64,000 nt of DNA from Clostridiales bacterium (GTDB lineage Bacteria > Acidobacteriota > Aminicenantia > Aminicenantales > UBA8522), in NCBI GenBank assembly GCA_029907205.1, contig JARYMI010000017.1, positions 21 to 64,020 of the forward strand, given 5' to 3'. Positions within the stretch are counted from its first letter, which is position 1, and each line of letters begins with the position of its first letter. A model generated the notes under the pieces. It searched no databases and was not told where the DNA came from. It saw nothing but the letters and a program-made list of their open reading frames with translations. The position numbers and the translations under genes are program-made. Below, in pieces: positions 52,123-62,886 of this stretch.

Positions 52123-53510
52123 TGGCCGAGCTGCGTTTGAAAGAGATTGCCGCAAGAGTCAACGGGCGGATCATCCAGGGCGATCCCGCGCTTGTTTTTG
52201 CCCAGTTCAACATCGATTCCCGTTTGAGCCAGCCGGGAGAGTTATTTTTTGCCCTGAGGGCCAGGCGGGATGGCCACGATTTCATCCCCGACGCCGCAGC
52301 CAGGGGAGCCCGCGGCGCCGTCATTTCCCGTGAGGTTCAGTCTCCCGGGCAGAACTTTGCCCTTGTTCGCGTGGAGGACACAGCCGTCGCTCTGCAAAGA
52401 CTGGCCGGCTCTGTCCTTGCCGACCATCCTGTTAAGGTTGTCGGCATCACGGGAAGTGTCGGCAAGACCACGACCAAGGAGTTCGCCGCCAGCCTCCTTG
52501 CCCGGAGGTTCAACGTCCTCAAGTCCGAGGGCAATTACAACAATCACATCGGGTTGGCGCTCTCACTGCTCAGGCTCAATCCAAGCTACGACGTGGCTGT
52601 CCTTGAGATGGCAATGAGTGGTCGCGGTGAAATCAGGACGCTCACCCGCATCGCTCCGCCCGACGTCTCGGTCGTTATTAACGTCAACCCCGTTCATCTC
52701 GAATTTCTCCACAGCTTGGAGGAAATTGCCCTGGCCAAGAAGGAAATCCTCGAGGGCACAAAACCCGGCGGCACGGCCGTCGTCAACGCTGATGACCCCT
52801 GGGTCCGCACCATCAGCCAGGACTGGAAGGGCCAGAAAATAACCTTTGGCCTTTCGCCCCGATGCGATGTCCGGGCCACGCGCATCAGGAAAAAGGGCAC
52901 CGACGGAATGGTTATCAAGCTTCACTTAGGGAGAGAAAAAGAGGAAGTCCTCTTTCCTTTTGTTTACGATGACTACCTCTATAATCTCCTGGCAGCTGTC
53001 AGCGCAAACCATGCTCTTTTTCTTCCCTTTGACGACATCATCCAGATGATTCCCCAACTCAAGCCTTTCAGCCGGAGGGGCGAGATCTTCCGGCTGGCTT
53101 CATCAATCGAGCTCGTCGACGATTCCTATAACTCCAACCCAAAAGCGCTCGCCTCGGTTCTCAGGAGCCTGGCTTCTCTCCCGGCTCGAAGAAGGGTCGC
53201 CGTGCTCGGCGACATGCTCGAGCTCGGAGAAAAGGAAATCGAATTCCACATCGAGGCTGGCGAAGAGGTTGTCGCTTGCGGCTGGGATGTCCTTATCACT
53301 GTCGGCCGTCTCAGCCTTCACCTGGCCGAAAGCGCCCAGGCAGCGGGCCTCGACCCCTGTCGAATCTTTTCATTCGCCTCTTCTGAAGAAGCCGCTGCCA
53401 GAATGACCTCAATCATACAAACAGGAGATCTTATCCTGGTCAAGGGATCACGGGGCATGAAGATGGACTTTATCGCCGACAGAATCAAGTCCTATTTCAG
53501 GGAGGACTGA
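52119..53510 (+). CDS. murF: UDP-MurNAc-tripeptide:D-Ala-D-Ala ligase
   Basis: IDSR, DGH.F, ITGSVGKTTTKE, N.NNHIG, DDSYNSNP, GDMLELG, VKGSRGM. Confidence 0.96.
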   Translation: MMAELRLKEIAARVNGRIIQGDPALVFAQFNIDSRLSQPGELFFALRARRDGHDFIPDAAARGARGAVISREVQSPGQNFALVRVEDTAVALQRLAGSVLADHPVKVVGITGSVGKTTTKEFAASLLARRFNVLKSEGNYNNHIGLALSLLRLNPSYDVAVLEMAMSGRGEIRTLTRIAPPDVSVVINVNPVHLEFLHSLEEIALAKKEILEGTKPGGTAVVNADDPWVRTISQDWKGQKITFGLSPRCDVRATRIRKKGTDGMVIKLHLGREKEEVLFPFVYDDYLYNLLAAVSANHALFLPFDDIIQMIPQLKPFSRRGEIFRLASSIELVDDSYNSNPKALASVLRSLASLPARRRVAVLGDMLELGEKEIEFHIEAGEEVVACGWDVLITVGRLSLHLAESAQAAGLDPCRIFSFASSEEAAARMTSIIQTGDLILVKGSRGMKMDFIADRIKSYFRED

Positions 53511-53511
53511 A

Positions 53512-54600
53512 GTGCTGTACTGGCTGTTCGTTCCGTTAAAAGAATATTTTTTCTTTTTCAACGTCTTCCGTTACATCACTGTCAGGACAGCCTTGGCTGG
53601 GGTAACAGCCCTGTTGGTGAGTTTCCTCCTCGGTCCCCGGCTGATCAGGATGATGAAAAAATACCAGGTCGGGCAGGAGATCCGGCCCGAAGGCCCACAG
53701 TCTCACCACACAAAAAAGGGGACGCCCTCCATGGGAGGAATCCTGATCATCGCTTCCACCGTCATCCCGACGCTTCTCTGGGGAAACCTGGGCAACGTTT
53801 ACGTCTGGCTAGCCATGTTGACCATGATCAGTTTCGGGGCCATCGGATTTTGGGATGATATCCTGAAAGTCAGGAGACACCGGTCTTTGGGGCTCAAGGC
53901 AAGAAACAAACTCCTCTTGCAATTCTTTCTGGCAGCAGCCATCGGCCTGGTTCTTGTCTATATCAGCACCGCCGGTCGTTTCAGCCTCCAGTTGAGTTTT
54001 CCCTTCTTCAAAAAATGGGTTCCCTACCTGGGCTGGTTTTATCTCCCCTTGATCATGTTTATCCTTGTCGCGTCCTCCAACGCCGTCAACCTGGCCGACG
54101 GACTGGATGGGCTGGCCATCGGCCTGACTTTTATCAGCGCCATGGCGCTGACCGCGCTGACTTACATCGCGGGCCACGCCCTCTACTCGACTTACCTGAA
54201 TATCCCTCGCGTTCCGCTGGCTGCGGAGCTGACCGTGTTTGCCGGAGCTTTCTCCGGAGCTTGCCTTGCTTTCCTCTGGTTCAACTGCCACCCGGCTGAA
54301 ATCTTCATGGGAGACGTGGGAGCCCTTTCTCTTGGCGCTACGCTGGCCTGCATCGCCATCCTGATCAAACAGGAGTTCCTCCTGTTCACCGTGGCCGGCG
54401 TGTTCATTCTTGAGGCGCTCTCGGTCCTCCTTCAGGTGGGATATTTCAAGGTCTCGGGAGGCAAGAGAGTTTTCAAGATGGCGCCGCTCCACCACCACTT
54501 CGAGCTCATCGGCTGGCCCGAAGAAAAGGTCGTCATCAGGTTCTGGATTCTGGCCATTATCTTCGCTTTGTTCAGCCTGACAACATTAAAACTGAGATAA
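53512..54600 (+). CDS. mraY: Phospho-MurNAc-pentapeptide transferase
   Basis: KKGTPSMGG, NAVNL.DGLDGLA, FMGDVG, MAPLHHHFE. Confidence 0.97.
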   Translation: MLYWLFVPLKEYFFFFNVFRYITVRTALAGVTALLVSFLLGPRLIRMMKKYQVGQEIRPEGPQSHHTKKGTPSMGGILIIASTVIPTLLWGNLGNVYVWLAMLTMISFGAIGFWDDILKVRRHRSLGLKARNKLLLQFFLAAAIGLVLVYISTAGRFSLQLSFPFFKKWVPYLGWFYLPLIMFILVASSNAVNLADGLDGLAIGLTFISAMALTALTYIAGHALYSTYLNIPRVPLAAELTVFAGAFSGACLAFLWFNCHPAEIFMGDVGALSLGATLACIAILIKQEFLLFTVAGVFILEALSVLLQVGYFKVSGGKRVFKMAPLHHHFELIGWPEEKVVIRFWILAIIFALFSLTTLKLR

Positions 54601-54602
54601 AC

Positions 54603-55970
54603 ATGGAAATTGCCGGAAAAAAAGTGCTGGTCGTCGGATTAGGAAAAACCGGCCGCGCTTTGGTCCACTTCCTTCTCCGACAGGGCGCCAGCGTGACGGT
54701 CAGCGAGAAAAAGACAGAAGCTGAGTTGGGCAGAAAAGCGAAAAACTGGAAGCGAAAAGGAGTTCGCCTGGAAACCGACGGCCACCGTCTGCCGACTTTT
54801 CTTGAGGCTGATATCATCGTGCCCAGCCCCGGAGCCGCGTCGATCCCGGAGCTCAACGCGGCGAAAAAAGCCGGGGCCAGAATCATGTCCGAGATCGAGC
54901 TGGCTTATCATTTTCTGAGAGGACGGGTTGTCGGCATCACCGGGACAAACGGAAAATCAACGACCGCGACTCTGGCATATAAGATCCTCAAAGAGGCGGG
55001 CAGGAAAGCCTATCTGGCGGGAAACATCGGAACGCCTCTCATCGCCTACGCCGAAAAGAGCCGGGACGACCATATCTTCGTGACTGAAATCTCCAGCTTT
55101 CAGCTCGAGCACATCGACCGCTTCCGGGCGTTCATGTCCGTTTTCCTCAACATCTCTCAGAATCATTTGGACTGGCACGGCTCCTTTGAAAATTACTTCA
55201 ACGCCAAGAAAAGACTCGTCTTAGCTCAAGATGAGGGCGGAATCGCCATCTTAAACCGCGACGACCCCCTGGTCTGGCCTCTGGCCAAGGAGGCTCGCGC
55301 GACAGTCTTTTCCTTTAGCACGAGAAGGAAGGTTGAGCGCGGCTGTGCCGTCAGCGGAGACTGGATCCTCTTGGCCGGCCAAAAACAAACGAAACTCATG
55401 AAGACCGCCGAAATTCCCCTCCGCGGCCTCCACAACCAGGAGAATGTCATGGCCGCAGCTCTCATCGGACACTGCCTCGGAGTGCCGGCCGGGTTGATGC
55501 GGCGGTCGATCCGGACATTTTCCGGGTTGGAGCATCGTCTAGAGAAAGTGCTCTCCTATGGTCGCGTGGACTATATTAACGACTCCAAGGCCACAACAGT
55601 GGACGCGACCATCAAGGCCATCGAGAGCTTCGACAAAAAGATCATCCTTATCCTTGGTGGCCGGGACAAAGGAGCTGATTTCACCCTTCTCCGGAAGCCG
55701 GTCCGTGGGAAAGTGAAAAAGGTCATCCTCGTCGGAGAAGCCCGGGAAAAAATAAGAAATGCCTTGCGCGGTGTCGCCCCGATGGAAGATGCCTCAACTC
55801 TCCGCCAGGCGGTTTCCCTTGCGTCCGCTTCTGCCCGTCCGGGAGAAGTGGTTCTTCTTGCTCCAGCCTGCACGAGCTTCGACATGTTCAAGAATTTCGA
55901 AGCGCGGGGCCGGGTCTTTAAAAAGGAAGTCAGGAGGTTAGCTCAAGCCTTCCAAGGAAAGAAAGCGTAA
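54603..55970 (+). CDS. murD: UDP-MurNAc-L-Ala:D-Glu ligase
   Basis: GITGTNGKSTT, EISSFQLE, HLDWH, HRLE, NDSKAT, PAC.SFD.F. Confidence 0.96.
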   Translation: MEIAGKKVLVVGLGKTGRALVHFLLRQGASVTVSEKKTEAELGRKAKNWKRKGVRLETDGHRLPTFLEADIIVPSPGAASIPELNAAKKAGARIMSEIELAYHFLRGRVVGITGTNGKSTTATLAYKILKEAGRKAYLAGNIGTPLIAYAEKSRDDHIFVTEISSFQLEHIDRFRAFMSVFLNISQNHLDWHGSFENYFNAKKRLVLAQDEGGIAILNRDDPLVWPLAKEARATVFSFSTRRKVERGCAVSGDWILLAGQKQTKLMKTAEIPLRGLHNQENVMAAALIGHCLGVPAGLMRRSIRTFSGLEHRLEKVLSYGRVDYINDSKATTVDATIKAIESFDKKIILILGGRDKGADFTLLRKPVRGKVKKVILVGEAREKIRNALRGVAPMEDASTLRQAVSLASASARPGEVVLLAPACTSFDMFKNFEARGRVFKKEVRRLAQAFQGKKA

Positions 55971-55973
55971 GCC

Positions 55974-57086
55974 ATGGAAATCTTCAAGCCCTTCGGGTTC
56001 GACAAAACGCTCGCTCTCATCACGTTTGTCCTGCTCGGCCTGGGCTTTGTCATGGTCTTTAGCTCCTCCGCCGTGCTGGCCGAGGAAAAATACCACCAGT
56101 CCCTGTATTTTCTCATCCAGCAGCTCATCGGCGCTGGAGTCGGTCTGGCAGTTCTCCTTTTCATCCTTTCAGCGAGAAAGCCTTTCTTCCAGAATCCTCT
56201 GCTCATCTATGGCCTCCTTCTCCTGACTCTTTTTCTCCTGGCCATGTGTTTTGTTATGCCCACAGTGGCAAGGACCAACCGCTGGATCCAGTTTTTCGGG
56301 TTGCGCTTCCAGCCTTCGGAACTGGCCAAGATCAGCCTCGTCCTTTTCCTGGCCTTTTATCTGGATAAAAAAAAGGACCGCATCGATGAGTGGCGGATCC
56401 TGATTTTTCCGCTTTTTATCATCAGTCTTTTCACCTTGCTTATTCTGAAGGAGCCCGACTACGGAACAGCCCTGCTCGTTTTTGCCATCTGCGCTGCAAT
56501 GCTTTACCTTGGCGGAGTCAAACTCCGCTACCTGGCGGTTCTTGGCCTGGGGGCAGCAGGACTTTTCGCTTTTTTCCTATTCCAGGCGAGCTACCGGCTG
56601 GAGAGGATCGCCGGTTTCATGGATCCGGACAAGGACCCTCTGGGCAACAGCTTTCAGGTCATTCAGTCAAAGCTCGCCGTCGGGTCGGGCGGCCTCTTAG
56701 GCTTGAGCCTGGGTCAGAGCACGCAAAAACTCTTCTTTCTGCCGTGCGCTCACACCGATTTCATCTACGCCATCTTGGGCGAAGAATTCGGCCTCCTCGG
56801 CACGCTGGCCGTTCTTCTCCTCTTTCTCGTTTTCCTGTGGCGAGGTTTGGCCATCTCGGCTAGAGCACCCACTCCAGCCGGTCAGTTGGCCGCTGCGGGC
56901 TTGACCCTTGGGATCTTCGTTCAGGCTTTGCTCAACATCTCCATCGTTTTGGGGTTGGGTCCCCCAAAGGGCGTTCCCCTGCCGCTTTTAAGCTTTGGCC
57001 GCTCATCGCTCATCATGAACCTGGCGGCCATTGGAATCATCCTAAACATCTCCCAGAGAAAACGGAGCGAGAGAGGCAAACGATGA
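55974..57086 (+). CDS. ftsW: SEDS peptidoglycan glycosyltransferase
   Basis: RWI....FQPSELAK, EPD.GT, HTDFI...GEE.G, P.KG.PLP..S.G.SS. Confidence 0.94.
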   Translation: MEIFKPFGFDKTLALITFVLLGLGFVMVFSSSAVLAEEKYHQSLYFLIQQLIGAGVGLAVLLFILSARKPFFQNPLLIYGLLLLTLFLLAMCFVMPTVARTNRWIQFFGLRFQPSELAKISLVLFLAFYLDKKKDRIDEWRILIFPLFIISLFTLLILKEPDYGTALLVFAICAAMLYLGGVKLRYLAVLGLGAAGLFAFFLFQASYRLERIAGFMDPDKDPLGNSFQVIQSKLAVGSGGLLGLSLGQSTQKLFFLPCAHTDFIYAILGEEFGLLGTLAVLLLFLVFLWRGLAISARAPTPAGQLAAAGLTLGIFVQALLNISIVLGLGPPKGVPLPLLSFGRSSLIMNLAAIGIILNISQRKRSERGKR

Positions 57087-58207
57087 GAGCAAAGCGGGTC
57101 GTCATCAGCGGGGGGGGAACAGGCGGTCACGTCTATCCTGCCCTTGCCGTAGGCAAGAAGCTGCGGGAAAAGGACCCTGGGCTTCGCCTCACTTTTATCG
57201 GAAGCCATCGCAGCGTTGAGAAAAAGATCATGGACCGGACCGGCGCCCATTTTATCCAGCTCAAAATCGAAGGCCTCAAGGGCCGTGGGCTACGAAGCCT
57301 CGTGACTCTGGCTCTCCTGCCCTTTGCCTTTCTCAAATCCCTGGCCATCCTAGTCCGCCTCAGGCCTGACCTGGTTATCGGCGTCGGCGGTTACAGCTCC
57401 GGGCCGGTCGTCCTGGCGGCGGCACTGATGAGAATCCCAACGTTGATCCTCGAACAAAACCTCCACCCCGGGTACACGAACCGGCTTCTTGTCCGCTGGG
57501 CGCAGAAAGCGGTGGTGGCCTTCAAGGATTCTTTGCCCTTTTTCAAAGGAAAAGGCGTCTTCCTCGGGAATCCCGTCCGCGATGAATTCTACGCGCTTCG
57601 GCCCAAGCCGAGAACAAGCGAGCTCACCCTCCTCGTTTTTGGAGGCAGCCAGGGGTCTCATGTTCTCAACCAGGCGATGACGGCCGCCCTGCCTCTTCTT
57701 AAAGCAGAAAAGGGCAGCCTGCGGATTTTCCACCAGACGGGAAAGGCTGACTATGAATGGGTCAGGGCAAGCTACATTCATCATGGGTTTGATGAAGCTG
57801 TGATTTCTCCCTACTTCTTCGACATGTGGCGCTTTTTCGAGAAGGCCGATCTCGTCATCAGCCGCGCCGGCGCGACCACGATCGCGGAGCTCATCGCTTC
57901 CCAGAAAGCTTCGATCCTCATTCCCTTTGCCCAGGCATCAGAGAATCATCAGGCGAAGAACGCCGGGGAGCTGGAGAGTATAAATGGGGCGGAGGTCATC
58001 CTGGAAAAAGGCCTCAACCCCGCCCGCCTCGCGGAAAAAATCGTCTTTTACATCAAACATAAAGAAAGAATCACCGATATGGAAAAGAACCTGGCAGCTC
58101 TCAGAACAGACCGGCCGGCCGAAAGGATCGCCGATCTCTGCTTTGAGCTGATGGATGCCCGAGCCGTAGGAGGCAGCCCTTGGTCAAGAAAACTTACCGG
58201 AAGCTGA
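57083..58207 (+). CDS. murG: Lipid I N-acetylglucosaminyltransferase
   Basis: GGGTGGHVYP, GGY.S.P, EQN..PG..N, GNPVR, GGSQG, RAGA.T..E, HQ..NA. Confidence 0.96.
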   Translation: MRAKRVVISGGGTGGHVYPALAVGKKLREKDPGLRLTFIGSHRSVEKKIMDRTGAHFIQLKIEGLKGRGLRSLVTLALLPFAFLKSLAILVRLRPDLVIGVGGYSSGPVVLAAALMRIPTLILEQNLHPGYTNRLLVRWAQKAVVAFKDSLPFFKGKGVFLGNPVRDEFYALRPKPRTSELTLLVFGGSQGSHVLNQAMTAALPLLKAEKGSLRIFHQTGKADYEWVRASYIHHGFDEAVISPYFFDMWRFFEKADLVISRAGATTIAELIASQKASILIPFAQASENHQAKNAGELESINGAEVILEKGLNPARLAEKIVFYIKHKERITDMEKNLAALRTDRPAERIADLCFELMDARAVGGSPWSRKLTGS

Positions 58208-59568
58208 AACACATCCATATGGTCGGCATCGGCGGAACGGGCATGAGCGGGATTGCCGAAGTCCTCCTTAACATTGGCTATAGGGTCACGGGGTCGGACT
58301 TGCAGACGAACGACGCAACCCTGCGTCTGGCCCGCCTCGGGGCGAAGGTCTACAAAGGTCATAAGGCCAACCGCGTCCAGGGGGCGGATGTCGTCGTCAT
58401 CTCTTCAGCCGTCAGCGAGGACAATATTGAAGTCCGCGAGGCCAGAGATCTCCAGATTCCGGTTATCCCCCGGGCCGAGATGCTGGCTGAGCTGATGCGG
58501 ATGAAATACGGCGTGGCCGTGGCCGGCGCCCACGGAAAGACATCCACCACCTCGATGATTGCCCAGGTCCTCAACCAGGGCGGGTATGACCCGACCATCA
58601 TCGTCGGCGGCCGCTTGAACACGATCGGTTCTCACGGCAAGCTCGGCGAGGGAGAGTTTATCGTGGCCGAGGCCGATGAAAGCGACCGGTCCTTCCTGAT
58701 GCTCTCGCCTTTCATCGCTGTCCTCACCAACATCGACGAGGAGCACCTCGATCAATACGTCACCGTGGACGAGCTCAAGAAAACATTCGTCAATTTTGCC
58801 AATAAAGTCCCCTTTTACTGTCCCGTCATCCTTTGTCTTGACGACGCCAACCTGCAAAGCCTGATCCCGCTCATCGAACGCAGGATTGTCACCTACGGGT
58901 TCTCCTCCCAAGCCGACATTTTTGCCCGGGGGTTGAGCTTCGACCGGTTCGAAAGCAGGTCAACCCTCTTCTCCAAAGGGAAGAAAATTGGCGACCTGAG
59001 GCTTCGGGTCCCCGGCAAGCACAACATTCTCAACGCCATGGCGGCCGTGGCTGTGGGGCTCGACCTGGACATCCCCGCAAAAACGATCCTTAAGGCTCTC
59101 CAGGACTATTCCGGGACAGGGCGCCGGTTTGAGCTTAAAAAAGAAATCAACGGCCTCATGATCATCGAGGACTACGGCCATCATCCGACCGAGATCAAAG
59201 CAACTCTGGACGCGGCCAAGCGGGGTTGGACACGCCGCGTCGTGGCCGTCTTTCAACCCCACCGGTACACCCGGCTGTCCCTTCTGATGAAGAGCTTTGC
59301 CACAGCTTTCAATCAGGCCGACGTGCTGGTCATGACCGAAGTCTATCCTGCCGGCGAGCAGCCGATCCCCGGCATCACGGGAGAGGCGCTTTTCGAAGAG
59401 ATCAAGCTCCTCGGACACAAGAACGTCTATTTTGAACCTAACATGAAAAAGATTCCTTCCCTGTTAGCGAAAATTGTCCAGCCTCAGGACATGATCCTGG
59501 TCCTGGGCGCAGGGAATATTTATAAGATCATCCCCGAAATCATCGCGCGTCTGGAGGTCAAGTCGTAG
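58180..59568 (+). CDS. murC: UDP-MurNAc:L-alanine ligase
   Basis: GIGGTGMSGIA, GAHGKTSTT, EADESD.SF, DYGHHPTEI, FQPHRY.R; TTG start after AGGAGG. Confidence 0.96.
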   Translation: MVKKTYRKLKHIHMVGIGGTGMSGIAEVLLNIGYRVTGSDLQTNDATLRLARLGAKVYKGHKANRVQGADVVVISSAVSEDNIEVREARDLQIPVIPRAEMLAELMRMKYGVAVAGAHGKTSTTSMIAQVLNQGGYDPTIIVGGRLNTIGSHGKLGEGEFIVAEADESDRSFLMLSPFIAVLTNIDEEHLDQYVTVDELKKTFVNFANKVPFYCPVILCLDDANLQSLIPLIERRIVTYGFSSQADIFARGLSFDRFESRSTLFSKGKKIGDLRLRVPGKHNILNAMAAVAVGLDLDIPAKTILKALQDYSGTGRRFELKKEINGLMIIEDYGHHPTEIKATLDAAKRGWTRRVVAVFQPHRYTRLSLLMKSFATAFNQADVLVMTEVYPAGEQPIPGITGEALFEEIKLLGHKNVYFEPNMKKIPSLLAKIVQPQDMILVLGAGNIYKIIPEIIARLEVKS

Positions 59569-59570
59569 CC

Positions 59571-60443
59571 ATGGCCACTCTCAACCCGCCGCTGAAATAC
59601 CGGCCGCCAGCGGCCTTGAGCGCGCCGAGGCGCTTCCAGCGAGGGCTGGAAAAGGTCCCGGTCAAGAAAATTCAGCGGAAGCTGACTCTCAAACTCAAGC
59701 ACATCATCCTCTTTTTCCTCCTCTTTGTCGGCCTCTTCTACCTGCTGACGAAAGCCTGCATTTTCTTGATCACCTGGGATGAGCTGGCCGTCAAGAGAAC
59801 GGAAGTCCTCTCGCGACTCGATTTCGTCGCCCGGGATCTCGCTCCTATCGTCGAAGCGTCCCGACTGGGAAATCTGCTCCTCCTTGATATCGCCAGCCTT
59901 CAGGACCGCATCGAAGCCCACCGCTGGGTCAAAAAGGCGCACCTGCGCAAGGTTTTTCCCTCAACGTTGAGAATCGAGATTGAAGAACGGTTGCCTGCCG
60001 CGGTCCTGAGGGTCGGCGAGGCCAACCTGCTCATCGACGAAGAAGGCGTCATGCTGGAGCGGCTCAACGCCCGGGAAGAAAGTCACCTGCCCTTGTTAGT
60101 GGATACATCACAGTTCAAGGGTTACTACCGCGAAAAACTCAACTTAGCCTGGGCCTGTTTGAACTCGTTGACTCCCGAGATCCGGGGGGAAGTGGAGGCC
60201 CTGGACTTTTCCCAGGTCGACAGCGTGAGCCTGACCTTCAGGGATCGACCGACACGCCTTATTCTCGGCACTGACCGCTTTTTGGAGAAGATCCAGTTTT
60301 TCCTGAGTTCGTTGCCCAGGTTGGAAAGCAGCCATGGGCCTCTTGAATACGTTGACCTGCGCTTCGACGACAGGATCTACTTCAAGCCGCTGGCGCTTTT
60401 AGGCCAGGCTGCCCGTTTGAACTCCGGTGAGGAGGTAGAGTAA
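59571..60443 (+). CDS. ftsQ: Cell division protein FtsQ/DivIB
   Basis: TM plus POTRA (WVK.A.LRK.FP.TL.I.IEER.P.A), C-terminal YVDLRF.D.I; lies before ftsA. Confidence 0.88.
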   Translation: MATLNPPLKYRPPAALSAPRRFQRGLEKVPVKKIQRKLTLKLKHIILFFLLFVGLFYLLTKACIFLITWDELAVKRTEVLSRLDFVARDLAPIVEASRLGNLLLLDIASLQDRIEAHRWVKKAHLRKVFPSTLRIEIEERLPAAVLRVGEANLLIDEEGVMLERLNAREESHLPLLVDTSQFKGYYREKLNLAWACLNSLTPEIRGEVEALDFSQVDSVSLTFRDRPTRLILGTDRFLEKIQFFLSSLPRLESSHGPLEYVDLRFDDRIYFKPLALLGQAARLNSGEEVE

Positions 60444-61663
60444 TGCCAAGAAATAGCTACATCGTCGGGCTCGACATCGGAACAAAAAAAGTCGCGGCCA
60501 TCATCGGCGAAATCACCCCAGAAAGAAAGGTCGAGATCATCGGCATCGGCGCGGCCGACTCCAAGGGACTGCGAAAAGGCGTCGTCGTCAACCTGGAGGC
60601 CACGACCGCGGCCATCAAGAAGGCCCAGGAAGAGGCCGAGCTGATGGCGGGCGTGGAGATCGACTCCGCGTTCGTCGGCATTTCCGGGGCCCATATCAAG
60701 AGCTTCAACAGCCGGGGCGTCATCGCCGTCTCCGGAAAAAACCGGGAGATCATCCGCGAAGATATCCGCCGGGTTATCGACCAGTCGAAGGCTGTCTCCA
60801 TCCCTCCCGACCGGGAGATCATCCATGTGATCCCGCAGGAGTTCATCGTCGATGAGCAGGATGGAATCAAGGCCCCGCTTGGGATGAGCGGCATCAAATT
60901 AGAGGTGAACGTCCATATCGTCACTTCGGCCATCACTTCGATCCAAAACTTGAGAACCTGCGTCGAACGGGCCGAGATCGAGATCGAACAGGTCGTCCTC
61001 AACCAGATCGCCACCTCAGCTTCGGTCCTGACCCACGACGAAAAAGAGCTGGGCGTGGGCCTCATCGACATCGGCGGCGGCACAACCGAGGTCGCTATCT
61101 TCGAAAGGGGAAGCCTCTGGTACACCTCGGTTGTCCCCATCGGCGGGGACAACTTCACCAACGACATTGCCGTCGGGTTGCGCACGCCCATTCCAGAGGC
61201 AGAAAAAATCAAGAAAAAGTTCGGTTGTATCGCCAGCCCGACTCTGGATGAGCAGGAGACGATCGAGGTCGCTTCGGTCGGCCGCGGGAGAAAACCGCGC
61301 GTCCTGTCGCGCCAGATTCTGGCCGACATCATCCAGCCTCGGGCCGAAGAGATTTTCCGCCTCGTCGACGGGGACATCAAAAGAATGGGCTACGAAAAAT
61401 CGTTGAACTCGGGCATCGTCCTCACAGGCGGGACGGCTTTGCTTGAAGGTCTCGAGGAAGTAGCGGAAGAAATATTCGACCTTCCTGTCCGCCGGGGCGA
61501 GCCGACCGGGGTCGGCGGCCTGGTGGACAGAGTCAGCACTCCCGACTATGCCACTGCCGTCGGCCTAATCCTCTACGGGTTTGGCCAATGGCAGGAACGC
61601 GGCATGGCACAGGATAAAAAGAAAGGACTTTGGGCCAAGTTGCGCGACTGGCTCAAAGAATAA
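60443..61663 (+). CDS. ftsA: Cell division protein FtsA
   Basis: GLDIGT.K, G.RKGVVVN, DIGGGTT, AE.IK, VLTGG, YATAVGL, amphipathic C-terminal helix. Confidence 0.96.
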   Translation: MPRNSYIVGLDIGTKKVAAIIGEITPERKVEIIGIGAADSKGLRKGVVVNLEATTAAIKKAQEEAELMAGVEIDSAFVGISGAHIKSFNSRGVIAVSGKNREIIREDIRRVIDQSKAVSIPPDREIIHVIPQEFIVDEQDGIKAPLGMSGIKLEVNVHIVTSAITSIQNLRTCVERAEIEIEQVVLNQIATSASVLTHDEKELGVGLIDIGGGTTEVAIFERGSLWYTSVVPIGGDNFTNDIAVGLRTPIPEAEKIKKKFGCIASPTLDEQETIEVASVGRGRKPRVLSRQILADIIQPRAEEIFRLVDGDIKRMGYEKSLNSGIVLTGGTALLEGLEEVAEEIFDLPVRRGEPTGVGGLVDRVSTPDYATAVGLILYGFGQWQERGMAQDKKKGLWAKLRDWLKE

Positions 61664-61674
61664 GAGGAGGCATC

Positions 61675-62886
61675 ATGAGCGACGAAGTCATCGGCAAACT
61701 GAAATTTCATCTCGTTGAAGAATGCATCGGCGCCAAGATCAAAGTCATCGGCCTCGGAGGCGGAGGAGGAAACGCCGTCAACCGGATGATCGAGACCGGC
61801 ATCGATGGCGTCGAGTTTATCGCCGTCAACACGGATGTTCAGGCCTTGAACAACAACCGTGCCGGCACCAAGCTTCAGATCGGCAGTCAGGTCACCAAAG
61901 GGTTGGGCTCGGGCGGCAGGCCTGAGACCGGCAAGCAGGCGGCCGTGGAAGATACGGAAAAGCTTATTGAGCTCATCCAGGGCGCTGATATGGTCTTCCT
62001 GACCACAGGCCTGGGCGGAGGCACGGGGACGGGCGCAACGCCGATCCTGGCCAACCTCGCCTCGGAGATGGACATCCTGGCCATCGCCATCGTCACTCTC
62101 CCCTTTGAGTTCGAGGGCCGGGTCAGGGCCAAGCAGGCAGAAGAAGGTCTCAAGGAACTGAAAGGGGCCGTGGACACAGTGATCTCCATCCCCAACGAGC
62201 GCCTTCTCCAGACCGTCAACCTGGACACGTCCATCCAAGACGCTTTCAAGATGGCTGACGACATCCTGCGGCAGGCCGTCCAGGGCATCTCCGACTTGAT
62301 CACCAAGCCTGGACTTATCAACCTCGATTTCGCTGACGTCAAATCGATCATGAAGGGGATGGGCATGGCTTTCATGGGGACGGGCATCGCTTCGGGCGAA
62401 AACCGGGCCGTGGACGCCGCCCAGAAAGCCATCTCAAGCCCCTTGCTTGTCGATACGTCCATTGAGGGAGCACGGGGCGTGCTCATCAACATCACCGGCG
62501 GCAAAGACCTGACCCTTCACGAAGTTTCCAAAGCCTCACAGCTCATTCACAGGCTGGCTCACCCTGACGCCAACATCATTTTTGGCACGGTCATCGACGG
62601 CGCCATGAAAGAGATGGTCAAAGTCACTGTGATCGCCACAGGGTTCGAATCCAAGCTGGAAAAAGAGGTTGAAGCAACCGAAGAATACATCAGGCCGCGA
62701 AGGCCAACTCCTCCGCCCTTCCAAGTTCAGACAGACACGCCGACATTCCTTTTCGAGCCAAAACAAAACCCCTCTTTGTGGGAGCCGCCGGCCTGGGAAA
62801 AACAGTACGAGCCCTATGAAACTCCGACCTTTATCCGCAGGAGCCGCCAGTCCTCGCTGAGAAAACATCCCCATGACCTCGGCTGA
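61675..62886 (+). CDS. ftsZ: Cell division protein FtsZ
   Basis: [33 protein letters not shown]-terminal core ETPTFIRR; SD GAGGAGG before ATG 61675. Confidence 0.97.
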   Translation: MSDEVIGKLKFHLVEECIGAKIKVIGLGGGGGNAVNRMIETGIDGVEFIAVNTDVQALNNNRAGTKLQIGSQVTKGLGSGGRPETGKQAAVEDTEKLIELIQGADMVFLTTGLGGGTGTGATPILANLASEMDILAIAIVTLPFEFEGRVRAKQAEEGLKELKGAVDTVISIPNERLLQTVNLDTSIQDAFKMADDILRQAVQGISDLITKPGLINLDFADVKSIMKGMGMAFMGTGIASGENRAVDAAQKAISSPLLVDTSIEGARGVLINITGGKDLTLHEVSKASQLIHRLAHPDANIIFGTVIDGAMKEMVKVTVIATGFESKLEKEVEATEEYIRPRRPTPPPFQVQTDTPTFLFEPKQNPSLWEPPAWEKQYEPYETPTFIRRSRQSSLRKHPHDLG

